Positions 24,719 through 36,724 of a stretch of DNA of 64,000 bases are shown here, piece after piece; within the stretch, counting starts at the first letter, position 1, and each line of letters starts with the position of its first letter. The position numbers and the translations under genes were made by a program. Origin of the DNA: Trichodelitschia bisporula. Taxonomy: Eukaryota. The DNA is taken from the NCBI GenBank assembly GCA_010356995.1, contig ML996693.1:806001-870000 (forward strand), given 5' to 3'. Under the pieces are notes generated by a model. It was not told where the DNA came from. It ran no database searches and worked only from the letters and a program-made list of their open reading frames with translations.

Positions 24719-25631
24719 ATGTCCGAATACTGGAAGTCAACGGCAAGTTCCCAAAGCGCCTACTCCCGTGTCCTCTGCTAACGGCTTATAGCCAAAGTAC
24801 TGGTGCAAGTTCTGCAAAGTCTTTGTCAAGGACATCAAATTTGAGAAGGCGCAGCATGAAGCAACCCCTCGACACCAGGGTAATATCCAACGATCCATCC
24901 GAACACTTCATAAAGAGAATGATCAGGCGGAGCGCGAAAAGCAAAGAGCGAAGCAGGAGGTTGCGCGTCTAAATGGCGTAGTGTCCGGGCTAGCAGCAAC
25001 TCCGAAGCCTGTTCAGCAGCCGTCATCCAGCAAATCCGCACCTCCGCGACAAGCCACGGCCGAGGAGCGCAAGGCACAAATAAAGCAGCTTGCGGCCTTA
25101 GGTGTCGAGGTGCCGGAGGAGTTCAAGCGGGATACGGCTATGCCTGGAAAATGGCAAACCGTTTCGGTGACGCCCATCGCCGGCTCCTCAAAGGACCCTG
25201 GAGTTATGAATCCAGATGCCGTGGCTGTGGGTGTGCGGAGAAAGAAGGCGCCCGACGAAGAGGAAGAAGAGATTCGCCCGAAGAAAAAGACGTGGGGCTC
25301 AACGCTGAAATCATATCCGGGAGCGAAGGACGAGGACGATCTTGAAGCTCTTCTCAGCGCGCCCATCGCCACCAAGGTGGAACTGGAGGTGAAGGTCGAG
25401 CCGGTTGCTGTATCGTTCAAGCAAGAAGGCAGTGACTCCTCCACTTTCATCAAAAAGGAAGAACCTGATGGCAGCGAACCCATTCTAGACGCCGCTCCAG
25501 CTTCATCGACCGTCGAAACCGACCAGCCCATCAAAGCTGAAGTGGAAGCGCCCGTCAAGAAGGAGGCCGAAACTCCGGGAGCCGGTATCGTTTTTAAGAA
25601 GCGCAAGCCCAAACCCGTGCGCCAGACATGA
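24719..25631 (+). CDS. U1-C/matrin-type C2H2 zinc-finger protein (WBP4/FBP21-like, lacking obvious WW domains), 287 aa; exons 24719-24742, 24792-25631
   Basis: Spliced MSEYWKST|PKYWCKFCKVFVKD...HEATPRHQGN (CxxC..H..H), basic C-terminus IVFKKRKPK. Requires a GC-AG intron 24743-24791. Confidence 0.85.
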
Positions 25632-26626
25632 GTCGTTAAACATGCCCTCAATCCACCGGTCATCACTCACCGTTGGCACTATCTGCTTCCGTTACCGAAA
25701 TTGAGGCCTGGTAGTTGATGGCGACGTCTACAGCACCCGCCACCGCCCTTCTCCCGTGCACTTACAGACAAATGGTCCGCCCGGAGTATTTCAAAGCCTG
25801 GCTGATGCTCGTCCATCTCGACGCGCCATTTCCCGAGTTGTGAGGTTACATTGAACCCCTTCGGGAGAGGATGCTCGAACCGGTCATGGCTTAGGGAGAA
25901 GCCAACCTGATCTTTTGCGCCCAGCTCATGAGAGTGACATCGGCGCTCTAGGGAAGCGGTTCCATTGGATATAACATTTGAATATTTAGCGTGCATAGGA
26001 GGCGAAGCTGCGTTCACATATGATAGCATTTGATTTTCGCACTGGGGGTTTCAACTGGTCGACGAACTTGACACAACGAGTCTCCTGCACAGCTCATATT
26101 CTTCCTAGGTACGGGCAGTCTCATCCTGGGCTTTGGTAACCTGCTGTTTAAAGCCGTCGATCTACTTTTACATCTGAGATATCTCAGAAATCAGCGATGG
26201 CTTGTGGTGGAATAATCGGTGTTCGTTTGAATAGCAATCCAAGCACTGATAACTATGAGTACGACGGTGCACTTCGTATCTTCTTATAGTACTGTATGAC
26301 TTAAAATGTTACTTAAGAGGAGGAGCTCCTAGACGCGTACCGCGAATCTGGCGCCACAGTTCGGGCGGGGCTGATCACCGTGTCGTCATGGGTGCCCTTG
26401 CATATATGCCAAGCCACGATTCCCCGCGACACTTTTTGGTATCGTCTTCAATCCAGTCCACCAACTTCGCCTTCACTTACGCATCCACCCTCTTCGAATA
26501 TCTAGGTTGCTACATCTGACGCAGAGCTAGTCTACAGTTAAAACACCATTTCGCACACGACCGCATCATCGCACTCTCTACAATACTTTGATCTCCGTTG
26601 CAGAGCCTGAAGACGCAGTCTTCACT

Positions 26627-27817
26627 ATGGCGGACACAGCGCCCGTCGCCATCGTGTGCGTCGGCATGGCCGGCTCGGGGAAGTCTACATTCATGCAGCG
26701 TATCAACGCGCACCTCCACTCCCAGAAGAAGCCGCCTTATGTCGTCAACCTCGATCCTGCCGTGCGCAACGTCCCCTTCGAAAGCAACATCGATATTCGA
26801 GACTCGATCAACTACAAAGAGGTCATGAAGCAATACAACTTGGGCCCTAATGGTGGTATTCTGACATCACTCAACCTCTTCGCTACAAAAATCGACCAGA
26901 TTCTCGGAATCCTTGAAAAGCGTACTGCTCCGCCCCCGCCCGATGCAACCGGCCCTATTCCGAAACCCATCAAACACATCCTCGTGGATACACCAGGTCA
27001 GATTGAGGTCTTCGTGTGGAGTGCAAGCGGAGACATCCTCCTGGGGTCACTGGCTTCAAGCTTCCCGACAGTCATAGCCTACATCATCGACACACCTCGA
27101 TCGGCTTCGACGGGCACATTCATGAGCAATATGCTCTACGCATGCAGCATCCTCTACAAAACGAAGCTGCCGATGATCCTAGTGTTCAACAAGACGGATG
27201 TGAAGGATGCTGAGTTCGCGAAGGAGTGGATGACCGACTTCGAGGCTTTCCAGGCTGCCCTCCAGAACGAGGAGGAGACAGGGCTGTTCCAGAACCAGGA
27301 GGGTGCCGACACGGGTGGTATTCAGGGCCAAGGCAGTGGTTACATGACCAGCCTGTTACACAGCATGAGCCTGGTCCTAGAGGAGTTCTACAAGCACCTC
27401 AAGGTGGTGGGCGTGAGCGCTATGACGGGCGATGGCGTGGACGAGTTCTTCGAGGCTGTGGAAGAGAAGAAGCAGGAGTTCGAACGCGACTACAAGCCGG
27501 AGCTTGAGCGGCGGCGCAAACAGCGTGAGGAGGAGAAGGAGCAACGGCGGGAGAAAGAGCTAGGCAAGCTTCTTTCTGATATGCAAGTTGACGCTGCGAA
27601 GGGCAAGGGTAAGAAGCCAGTGAAGGAGGAGCCAGAAACCGTTAGTGAGGCGGAGGACATGAGCGATTCGGACGAGGAGACTGGCTTAGTGGATCCAGAT
27701 GATGAGGATGAGCCGGTTGAAGGTCTTCAGGGCCGATACAAGAAAGCTCTCGCGGACGGGCCTTCCGAGGAAGACTTCAGCTTTGCGAGCTACATCCACA
27801 AGGCGAACATAGGCTGA
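26627..27817 (+). CDS. GPN1: GPN-loop GTPase 1 (Npa3/XAB1), RNA polymerase II biogenesis
   Basis: GMAGSGKS P-loop, NLDPAV, LGPNGGI GPN loop, [13 protein letters not shown]; acidic C-terminal tail; intronless CDS. Confidence 0.95.
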   Translation: MADTAPVAIVCVGMAGSGKSTFMQRINAHLHSQKKPPYVVNLDPAVRNVPFESNIDIRDSINYKEVMKQYNLGPNGGILTSLNLFATKIDQILGILEKRTAPPPPDATGPIPKPIKHILVDTPGQIEVFVWSASGDILLGSLASSFPTVIAYIIDTPRSASTGTFMSNMLYACSILYKTKLPMILVFNKTDVKDAEFAKEWMTDFEAFQAALQNEEETGLFQNQEGADTGGIQGQGSGYMTSLLHSMSLVLEEFYKHLKVVGVSAMTGDGVDEFFEAVEEKKQEFERDYKPELERRRKQREEEKEQRREKELGKLLSDMQVDAAKGKGKKPVKEEPETVSEAEDMSDSDEETGLVDPDDEDEPVEGLQGRYKKALADGPSEEDFSFASYIHKANIG

Positions 27818-29381
27818 GACTATCCCCGGTACCTAATGAAATGCTTCTTTCGAACGAGGATGCGGATGCGTGCATATTGCTTGTCGCACAGGTTACACTG
27901 ACAAAAAGCTTGTGAAAACGACATTGCCCGAAGCCTTTTGGCTTGAACTGGAACATCTTCTCAAGCCAAACATCTGCAGTCATTGAAACTTGAGCTTGAC
28001 GAAGCTTGATTCGAAACGTCCTCTGCGCTCTCCGGTTTCGGTTCACAGCTGTCAACGGTATGTTTAGTGACAAGTGACTTGGTTGAGGCAGAGAAGCTTG
28101 CGAGGCATATGGAAGGAACAGTTCGTACTCTGCAGCAACATTCGAATATCTATTCGATAAATATCTGATGTCAGTGAATCCAACATGAAGTTGGTAGGCT
28201 GTGCCCCCCTCTCATCAGCGTTGACTCGTTGCTTTTCTACGGATGTAGACTTGTGATTAAGGGCTCCGTTTCCTGTCGTCATGCCCTATGATGTCCAGCC
28301 CTGTGCCTGTATCAGCCACCATGGGAAAGCGACGTCCGAGGTTTTGGATCGCGCCACATCCGTCCTTGTCACTTTTCTTTGGACGACCTCCGTCCGAGCA
28401 TCAGAAACGTGGCTGGGCCGAAGAACTCGTGAACGAGAAAGCAAAGCTTCGTGACCTCGGAGCTTCCGTCGTAACTCGTTTTCCGTCAGCGTGGCGATGC
28501 GCAAGACACCATAACCATCAGCTCAATGCGTGCTGTCACCAGCGCAGCTGGCCGTTTCGCACTGTCATCACTTCTCCAGGGGCAGAGCCCATAAGCAGCA
28601 ACCCCTCCGCACGCATACCCCCGCGGGTCCAATCAACCCCCGCATTCCCCTGATCGTCGCCGGCACCAACGCTCCCGCGCGCACATCCAGGAGGCTCCGT
28701 GGGAGGTTCTTGGCAGCGCCGCAGCAGGCGCCGGTGTTGGCGGGGCCCTCGGCCGGGCCTGAACAGGGGCTGATTGGCCGGGGAGAAGGCTGGTGCGGCA
28801 CGCCCCCTTTCGGCCATCCAGCGGGCAGTGGGGCCTTTTAGCCGGGCCGGGACTGGGCGATGCAAGAGAGCACGGTAGCGCAGAGATCTGAGAGGGTCGG
28901 AATGGGGTGTTGCCGGGGTGCAGTTTCAAACGTGCGGGTCGGGGGCTTTGCCGCGCTGCAAGAAACTTCGAGGGGCTCCGACGTGCTCTGTTATATCTGC
29001 CTGTGTTTCCCTCCCCCCAAGGGGGTTGGTGTTTGTCTTCTCAAAAAGTTTGGCTCTTGCGTTTAACGGTTGCTTGCGAGTTTTCACCGAGTCGATCTCG
29101 CGTTTCTTTCTTACGTGCTAGACTGCACAACACTCCTTTCTTCAACATCGATAAACTCGCCGAGCGAGCATCACCACCACACCGAGTGACATCGTCGCCG
29201 AGACCTCTCTTTAACCCAGGTGGTTACTATATTCAGTAAAAAGCTTTTGACCGATCATTGCATTCTTCCGCAAGATTTCTTGGACTACTTCTCTCCACAT
29301 CTCTCAAACACATATCCTGCATTGATTGCAGAATTATATACCTCTTACATTCTCACCCCATACCAAGAAACAACCATCATC

Positions 29382-30777
29382 ATGCATTTTCTCACTGCGA
29401 CCTCTCTGCTGGCCATCGTGCCGGCAGTCCTCTCCCAGACGTTCACGTCGTGCGATCCGCTCAAGCGCTGTAAGTCATCTATAGTACGCGCTCCGACTCT
29501 CCCCTCTAACGGACGCAGCCGATTGCCCTGCCAACCCGGGATTACCGGCGGAGTACTCTGTCGACTTCCGCAACGGCGCGCCGCCCTCGGGCGAGTGGAC
29601 GATCGACGGTCCGGTCACCTATGGCCCTGACGGTGCGGAGTTGACGATCTCCAAGCTGGGCGATGGGCCGACCATTGCGACCACGGGCTTCTACTTCTTC
29701 GGCTACGCGGAGGTGGTGTTCAAGGCGGCTCCCGGTGCTGGTATCGTCAGCTCCATGGTGATTCAGAGCGATGACCGGGACGAGATCGACTGGGAAGTTG
29801 TCGGATCGAAGACGAACGAAGTTCAGTCAAACTATTTCGGCAAAGGCAACGACACCACGTTCGACCGCGGAGCGACCCATCCCTTGGCGAATGTGGACAC
29901 CCAATTCCACACTTATGCTGTGAGTTGGACCAAGGAGTCGATCACGTGGATGCTGGATGGCGCCCCAGTGCGCACTGTGAACTACGCCGAAGCTGTTGGC
30001 GGAGCTAACTTCCCGCAAACGCCGTCGAACCTTCGCATCGGCAGCTGGGTGCCTGGCACCCCTGGGAACGCGCAGGGCACGATCGACTGGGCCGGTGGTC
30101 TCGCGGACTTTTCCAAGGCGCCGTTTGTCTTCACCGTCCAGTCCGTGAAGGTTGTGAACTCCAACCCAGGCGACTCGTACACGTACGGGGACAATACCGG
30201 CAGCATGGACAGTATCAAGGTGCTTGGCGGCAGTAATTCTGTCTCGAGCGGCGACTCAGCGGCCACGACCGCCTCAGGCAACAACCTCAACCTCGCTTCG
30301 AAGACTGAGAGTGGAAGCAAGACGACGTGCACCAAGAGCAGTCATAGTGTCAAGGCCCAAGGGGGGGGGTTCGGCGAGTCCAGCGCAGCTGGACAGAAGA
30401 CCTACTCCATCAGTGTCGCCTCGGGCAAGCCCTCGAGCGGCGACAGCGGCAGCGGGAGCGATAATAGCGGAAGCGATAACAGCGGCAACGGCGGCATCGT
30501 CGCCGTCGGTCAGCCATCCAACACTCCGGCGCCTACGTTCACTATCAAGCCTGGGAGCGGCAACGGGAGCGGCCAGGGCAAGACGGCAGCGGCTGGAGCT
30601 ACGGGTGTGGCGGGCGCGACGGGTTCCATGGCCACTAGCTTCGGCCTGGGTGCCACTGCCTCGCGGAGTGGTTCGGCGGCTCCGGCCGTTTTCACTGGCG
30701 CTGCTGTTCGCAGGACCGATGTCAACATCATTGCAGCCGCGTTGATAGCGGCGGTGGCGATCGTTCAGGTGGTTTAG
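29382..30777 (+). CDS. GPI-anchored GH16 cell-wall transglycosylase, Crh/Crf family; exons 29382-29469, 29519-30777
   Basis: Signal peptide MHFLTATSLLAIVPAVLS, QTFTSCDPL..CPANPG, catalytic DEIDWE, VQSNYFGKG, PQTP, GTIDWAGG, S/G/T-rich linker, hydrophobic GPI-signal tail; intron 29470-29518. Confidence 0.92.
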
Positions 30778-31367
30778 AGCGTATATACCGGCTTCGGCCC
30801 CTTCTTGTACCCAGCGATGATTTTTGGCGTTATGATACCATATGGATCGAGGGATGTTGTAAAATCAGGAGAATTGAGTCATGACATGCTCCCTTTGCGT
30901 CTTGCCTGTGAACATGCCGAGGGAATCGGAAGAAGTTTTATGGACAGCCGGCCGTGGACGGGACGGAACTCCACGAAGTCAGATCGGAAGGGGTGGTCCG
31001 ATAGTGACTTTGTTTGGGTGGTAAGTACTGATGACAAGATGTTGAGAACATCGGACAGGCCAGGTGGAATCGAGATATCGCTTCTTTCGTCTTATCTCTA
31101 TGCTTGGGAAACCCTCCAGTTCCTTTTCAATGAAGGCTGTGTTGTGCATAACGGTGTGACGAGGTGGCTTTCGAATCGACGTTGCTTATCGATAGAGAAT
31201 GACTTCAGATCACCCCAGTTTCAACCCGGCGTGCCCCGCTAACTACCATTTGCTCATCCCCGCTACCCCCACTCGAACCCTATGAAAAGCAATTGAAGCT
31301 CCATCACAGCTTCGCAACCTCATCTCTCCACCTATTTTCCATCGATAAGCTCCCGAAATTTATCACA

Positions 31368-32723
31368 ATGGCACTCTCCAGCAAGCTCTCCATCTCTGAC
31401 CTGGATCTCTCCGGCAAGAGAGTCTTCATCCGGGTATACCCCGCCTTCTCCAAAGCCTTGTCACCTTACTAACCCCTCTCGCAAACAGGTCGACTTCAAC
31501 GTCCCCCTTGACTCTAACAAGAAGGTCACCAACGACCAGCGCATCGTCGGCGCCCTTCCCACCATCAAATATGCCATTGACCATGGCGCAAAGGCAGTCG
31601 TGCTGGCCTCGCACCTCGGCCGCCCGGACGGCAAGCGGAACGACAAGTACAGCTTGGCTCCGGTAGTGCCCGAGCTGGAGCGCCTGCTGGGTAAGAGTGT
31701 CATATTTGCGGATGATTGCGTCGGCCCGGAGGTCGAGGAGATCGTGAACAAGGCGTCCGATGGCCAGGTAATCTTGCTGGAAAATCTGCGCTTCCACCCT
31801 GAAGAGGAGGGCAGCTACAAGGACGCCGACGGCAAGAAAGTCAAGATCGATAAGGCGCAAGTCGCCGAGTTCAGCAAGGGCTTGTCTGCCCTGGGCGATG
31901 TGTACATCAGTCTGTCTCTCGTACCTAAGAAAGTTCAAGCACTAACGAAACAGACGACGCTTTTGGCACATGCCACCGCGCCCACGCCTCCATGGTCGGC
32001 GTTAAGCTGCCTCAGAAGGCCGCTGGCTTCCTGGTCAAGAAAGAGCTCGATTACTTCGCGAAGGTGCTCGAGGCACCGGAGCGCCCGTTCCTGGCCATCC
32101 TCGGTGGCGCCAAGGTCTCAGACAAGATCAAGCTCATTAACAGCATGCTCGACAATGTCAACAGCCTGATCATCTGCGGCGGCATGGCATTTACCTTCCG
32201 CAAGGTGCTCTACGGCATGAAGATCGGCAGCAGCTTGTTTGACGAGGAGGGCTCCAAGACGGTCAAGGACCTCGTCGAGAAGGCGAAGCAGAAGGGCGTT
32301 GAGATAGTGCTCCCCGTCGACGACGTCACTGCCGACAAGTTTAGTGCGGACGCAAAGACTGGCTACTCCACGGACGAGACTGGCATCCCTGACGGCTGGA
32401 TGGGTCTGGACTGCGGCGAGAAGAGCGTTGAGCTCTTTAAGAAGACCATCGAGAAGGCCAACACTATCCTCTGGAACGGCCCTCCGGGCGTCTTTGAGTT
32501 TGACTCCTTCGCGAACGGTACCAAGGCTACGCTTGATGCCGCCGTTGCCGCTGCTCAGGCTGGCAAGACCGTTGTCATTGGCGGCGGTGACACGGCCACC
32601 TGCGCCGTCAAGGCCGGCGTCGAGGACAAGCTGAGCCACGTATCGACTGGTGGTGGTGCATCGCTGACGCTGTTGGAGGATGGCTCTTTGGTTGCCATTG
32701 ATGCTCTGGATAGCCGAAAGTAG
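31368..32723 (+). CDS. PGK1: Phosphoglycerate kinase, 418 aa; exons 31368-31433, 31489-31909, 31954-32723
   Basis: [58 protein letters not shown]; introns 31434-31488 and 31910-31953 restore frame. Confidence 0.97.
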
Positions 32724-33068
32724 TGACGCAACCGCGTAACGACCTTTACTTAGACTAGTCATGTGCATCTGAAATGATCTCCTGTGTACTCTACGAGACG
32801 TTCTCTGGGTGCTCTCGATACATGCAGCTCCTCGATGCTGCGATGGTGCGTTGGGATATGAGACTCGCATCTACGTGTGCAGCTCTAGATGCTGTAAAAT
32901 CTGCCCTTATTGCAAGCGCGATAGGTAAGATGGTGACGTGCACATGCTCAGACGCGAAATATATGCCCGCTGACAAACAACTGCTTGCATTGATTCAAAG
33001 GACACCGGACACACAACCAACGCCATCTCCCCTTACTCCATAACCATGTTGAGATCGCCGGCTATGCT

Positions 33069-33420
33069 TCATTTGCTCGAATCGATCTTCTTGAGTTCCT
33101 CCCTGAGATGGTTAGCGATGTCCGCCACCGCGAGGCCGCACTCACTTCAACTGCTTGGAGAAGTCGTCTGTCGTATCATCATCGTCCCAGCTCTCCTCCC
33201 ACAAGTGCTGCTTGCCGCTTGGAAGACCGGTGTCTTCCTCGGCCCAGTCTCCATGCGTTAGTGCCGGAGGTGGCAGATGGCGCGCATCCATACCTTCGAC
33301 CGGGAAGTCCTCGAACTCGTCGTCTTCACCGAGGGCCGCGGCGGCCGGCGGGTTGGCGGGCTTGGACTTGGAGTCGCTGGCGGCGGCCTTGTCTGTTGAT
33401 GTAGAAGCTGGGGCAGACAT
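33069..33420 (-). CDS. SEM1: Proteasome lid/TREX-2 subunit Sem1/Dss1, 87 aa; exons 33420-33294, 33248-33146, 33102-33069
   Basis: [13 protein letters not shown] and [23 protein letters not shown] signatures; introns 33293-33249 and 33145-33103. Confidence 0.93.
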
Positions 33421-33887
33421 TTTGGGTTCGAGGAGTGCGTTTGAAGTGTGACGGTGCTATGAGGTTGCGATGTAACAAGGTCGCCATGACGGAAGCGTAC
33501 AACCGGATTAACAATATTCCGGGTTGGAGGGACTTTCAGGCAACAGGTTTGGCCTCGAGGTCCGCAGTTCCGCGGGAGCGCCGGCGGAGAACATAGTATC
33601 TTGGTTCCTTTGATGCGATCACTGGCACCGACTATTGCACATACGAGTTGGACTGACGCATAGTCAAAGAGGGTGGTGCCCAATCTCGCTTTTCCGACCT
33701 GCCATTGTGCCTCTCCACCTTGTCCGATACATTATATTCTAACTTCGCCCGCCTATGACAGCTCTCGGGAGATAATTTACACACGGATTTCCTTCTTTCA
33801 AGGGAACCGCTATTAGACACTCATTTGTAGTGCGCTCGATACCGTTATTTGGTGTATAAGTTTTTCCTTAAGCGCTCACTCGACACT

Positions 33888-36348
33888 ATGCTGCGAGGCT
33901 GGCTCGGCGGCAGGCAGCATGGCGACGCCGCGTCGTTGAATGCCATTGAGGAATCTCAGTTCTGTATGTCCGAACTTTTGACTTTAGCGACAAAGCTTAC
34001 CCTACAGTGGAGGAAGCTATGCATGGTAGCCAGCGCCGCCCGTATGCTCGTAGCTGTGCTCACTCTGATAGCCGCGGCGCATATGATGGATGACGACATG
34101 GACAGAGCTGAGGCTGAGCTGGCTGAAGGCAACTCACCCTTCCACAAGGTCCGGAAATCTAACTCTAAAAAGCACCCACTGATCTAGAGATAGTTGGGAC
34201 AAGGTCTTGTGAGCTTTCTTCGTGCTACCTTGGGCTTTGAGCGGGAGTTTCTGCTACAGGGTACATGCGCCTCCTTGACTTCCCTATGCCGGCGTTGACA
34301 CCTTGTTAGCCGCCGAACGGTTGGGCGAAGCTGAAACATCAGCTTTGGGACATCAGGCTCGCGCTCAGAGGCACCCAAGTACCGCGGAGACGTCCATCTA
34401 CTCGGCCGGAACAGAATACTCCCTATGCGCCGCCGAAGTTCAGATCATGGGAGCCGTAGTTGGAGTACTGACCGAAAGTGTAACCGAGAGCATCAGAGGC
34501 TTTTACAAGCTCCGCAAAGCTTACCTTACCCTAGACAGTATCATGCAAGAGGAGAAGCGCCATCTCGCATCTCTCGGCATCGACCAAAAGTGCGCCGACT
34601 CTGTTCTTTTCGTCGATTCTCATGTACCTATTCCGTCTTCACGGCCGGAATCTTCGAAGGGAAAATCCGTTGCCGGTAGTACAAAAGCAGCTAGTGTTAA
34701 GAGCCATCACACTGCCAGTGTCAAAGCCTCTCCTGAGGACAAAGAGGCTTCGGGCAATTCAACGCCCCCTGGCTCCTCCGAGGCCACAGAGAAGATGGAC
34801 CAGCTCAGACTCGGAGACCCGGAGACACTGACACGGCTGCGGCGATTGTCTTCCTCCTTCGCCCAAGGTCCGAGCGCTGAGATTTTCGGCGACAACGTCA
34901 TCGATACATTCATCCACTCCGGCTCCAATTTATGTTATGGCATAATCATGCTAATGGTCTCCATGCTTCCACCCACGTTTTCAACGCTTTCTAAAATTGC
35001 GGGCTTCAAGGGCGATCGTCTGGCTGGGCTAGGCCTCCTATGGCAAGCTAGCAAGTTCGAGAACGTCAATGGCGCGTTCGCCGGCCTTATGATCCTTGCT
35101 TACTACAACGGCTTCATTGGATTCTGCGATGTCCTTCCGCTGACTGGTCGAGGCGCGTATCCCGAAGAGCGTTGCCGGAAGCTATTGGACGGGTTCCGCA
35201 AGCGGTTTCCGAATGTAGAGGTGTCCATAACTATACGGCGTCTTGGGCTAACCGTTCTCAGAGCCGTCTCTGGATTCTTGAGGAGGCACGTATGCTTTCC
35301 ACGGAACGGAGACTCGAGGAGGCCTCCGTGTTGCTGGATGGTGTTAGCCCGAGCTCGATGAAACAGGTCGCAGCGTTCCAATGCTTTGAACGGAGCTTGA
35401 ACGCCATGTACCTTCACCAGTACGAAGTGTGCTCCGTAGGTTTTCAAAAGGTGATTCACTCTCGAAGGCGAATACCGCATGGCTCATATTGCACAGATGG
35501 TCACCCTGAACAACTGGTCACACGGACTGTATTACTATGCTGCAGGCATCTCGCACGTTGAGCGGTATAGGGAGCTTAAGAAAAGCGATCCGACCGGCGC
35601 TGTATGTAAGATCTCACGTACATCTTCGATCATCTGACATAAGACAGGCGGATCATGCGAAGAAAGCCGGTGAGATGTTCGCAAAGGTACCGGAGCACAT
35701 CGGCAAAAAGAAGTTTATGGCTCGGCAGCTGCCCTTCGACGTGTATGTCAGCCGCAAGCTGCAGAAATGGGAAGCGCGGGCCAAGAAGTGGAAGGTTGAT
35801 CTCGTTGATGCCGTCGGCGTGAGCCCCATCGAGGAGATGATCTACTTCTGGAATGGGTATAAGCGCATGCGCCCGGAACACTTGGAGGTCTCGCTCGAGA
35901 AACTTGAGGCCTGGGCGTCGGCGGAGAATCCGGAGTGGGAGAAGGAGGCGCTGGATGAGAAGGCTATATACGCTGCGCTTAAGGCTGCGGCGCTGCGGAA
36001 CTTGGGCCGCCGCGAGGAGGCGGTCGAGTTGTTGGACAAGGAGGTTATAGTGCATCCATGGACTGACTTCAAGGGCGGGCTCAAGGACAACTGGACATGT
36101 CCGGTGGCGCATTACGAGAAGGGCGTGAACATGTGGTTCGACTTCCTGAGTACGGGGTCGAGCAACGAAGTGCTGTTGAAGGAGAGTCTGAAGTGGCTGG
36201 AGAAGGCGGCGAGCTGGGAGAGCTACGACCTGGATACGCGGTACGTGTTTTTATTTTCTTTTTGGTCGGCTATTCTAACGGCTGCAGCGTCGGATTGCGG
36301 GTGAGCATGAGCATCGAGACTGTAAAGCGGGAACTCGAAAAGCTATAG
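33888..36348 (+). CDS. IML2: Iml2/TTC39-family protein; 9 exons
   Basis: Spliced product has FLRATLGFE, ESIRGFYKLRKAY, FIHSGSNLCYG, GFKGDR, NNWSHGLYYY, ARQLPFD, SPIEEMIYFWNGY. Introns at 33964-34007, 34026-34071, 34149-34193, 34261-34309, 35215-35261, 35451-35496, 35602-35647, 36241-36287. Confidence 0.88.
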
Positions 36349-36581
36349 GCCCGACCGGGAACGTCCAAGGAGGAATGATGTCATAGAATCAAGTTAGACC
36401 AGACGGGTAGCCGTAGACTAGACGGGTAACAGAATATAGGTAAAAAGAGTAAATGTACAACAGCTTACCTTCCGCGCTGCCCTCCAGCGGCAACGTTTAT
36501 TGTACGTCAGGCTGTTCGGCTCACGAAGTTCAGCCGTGCTGCACGCCCACCACTCTTCCCCACACAGGGTGCAGGACAAGG

Positions 36582-36587
36582 CCTCGG
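36582..36587 (+). promoter_or_regulatory. Candidate FarA/FarB (CTF1) binding core CCTCGG
   Basis: Exact hexamer about 140 bp upstream of the acyl-CoA dehydrogenase ATG; CCTCGG/CCGAGG is the established FarA/FarB element of fungal fatty-acid genes. Short motif, so chance is not excluded. Confidence 0.5.
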
Positions 36588-36724
36588 CATCCCCGCCTCG
36601 ACGCGCTTGTGAATTTCCGCGTGGCGACCCGCCAGCCTCACAACTCGAGCTTACTTAACGCCGCTCCCACACGATGCGCTCATCTCCATAACTCCAGTTA
36701 CCGACCCTCCATCCTACCGCAGCA

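Noticed and set aside
25679..26200. Minus-strand 116-aa ORF and stop-interrupted upstream frame
   Set aside because: No motif, codon bias or splice support; cannot call gene or pseudogene without a search.
27880..28050. PEAFWLELEHLLKP, faintly like a hAT transposase segment
   Set aside because: Too short; no terminal repeats, target duplication or further transposase motifs.
32721..32790. Cryptic peroxisomal PGK isoform via read-through or alternative splicing, known in other fungi
   Set aside because: Stop is a double TAG-TGA, and splicing from AA|GTAG to the nearby AGs gives SRKLVMCI or SRNHVHLK, neither a PTS1.
36337..36348. IML2 C-terminal -EKL as PTS1
   Set aside because: Acidic residue at -3 does not fit the (S/A/C)(K/R/H)(L/M) consensus.
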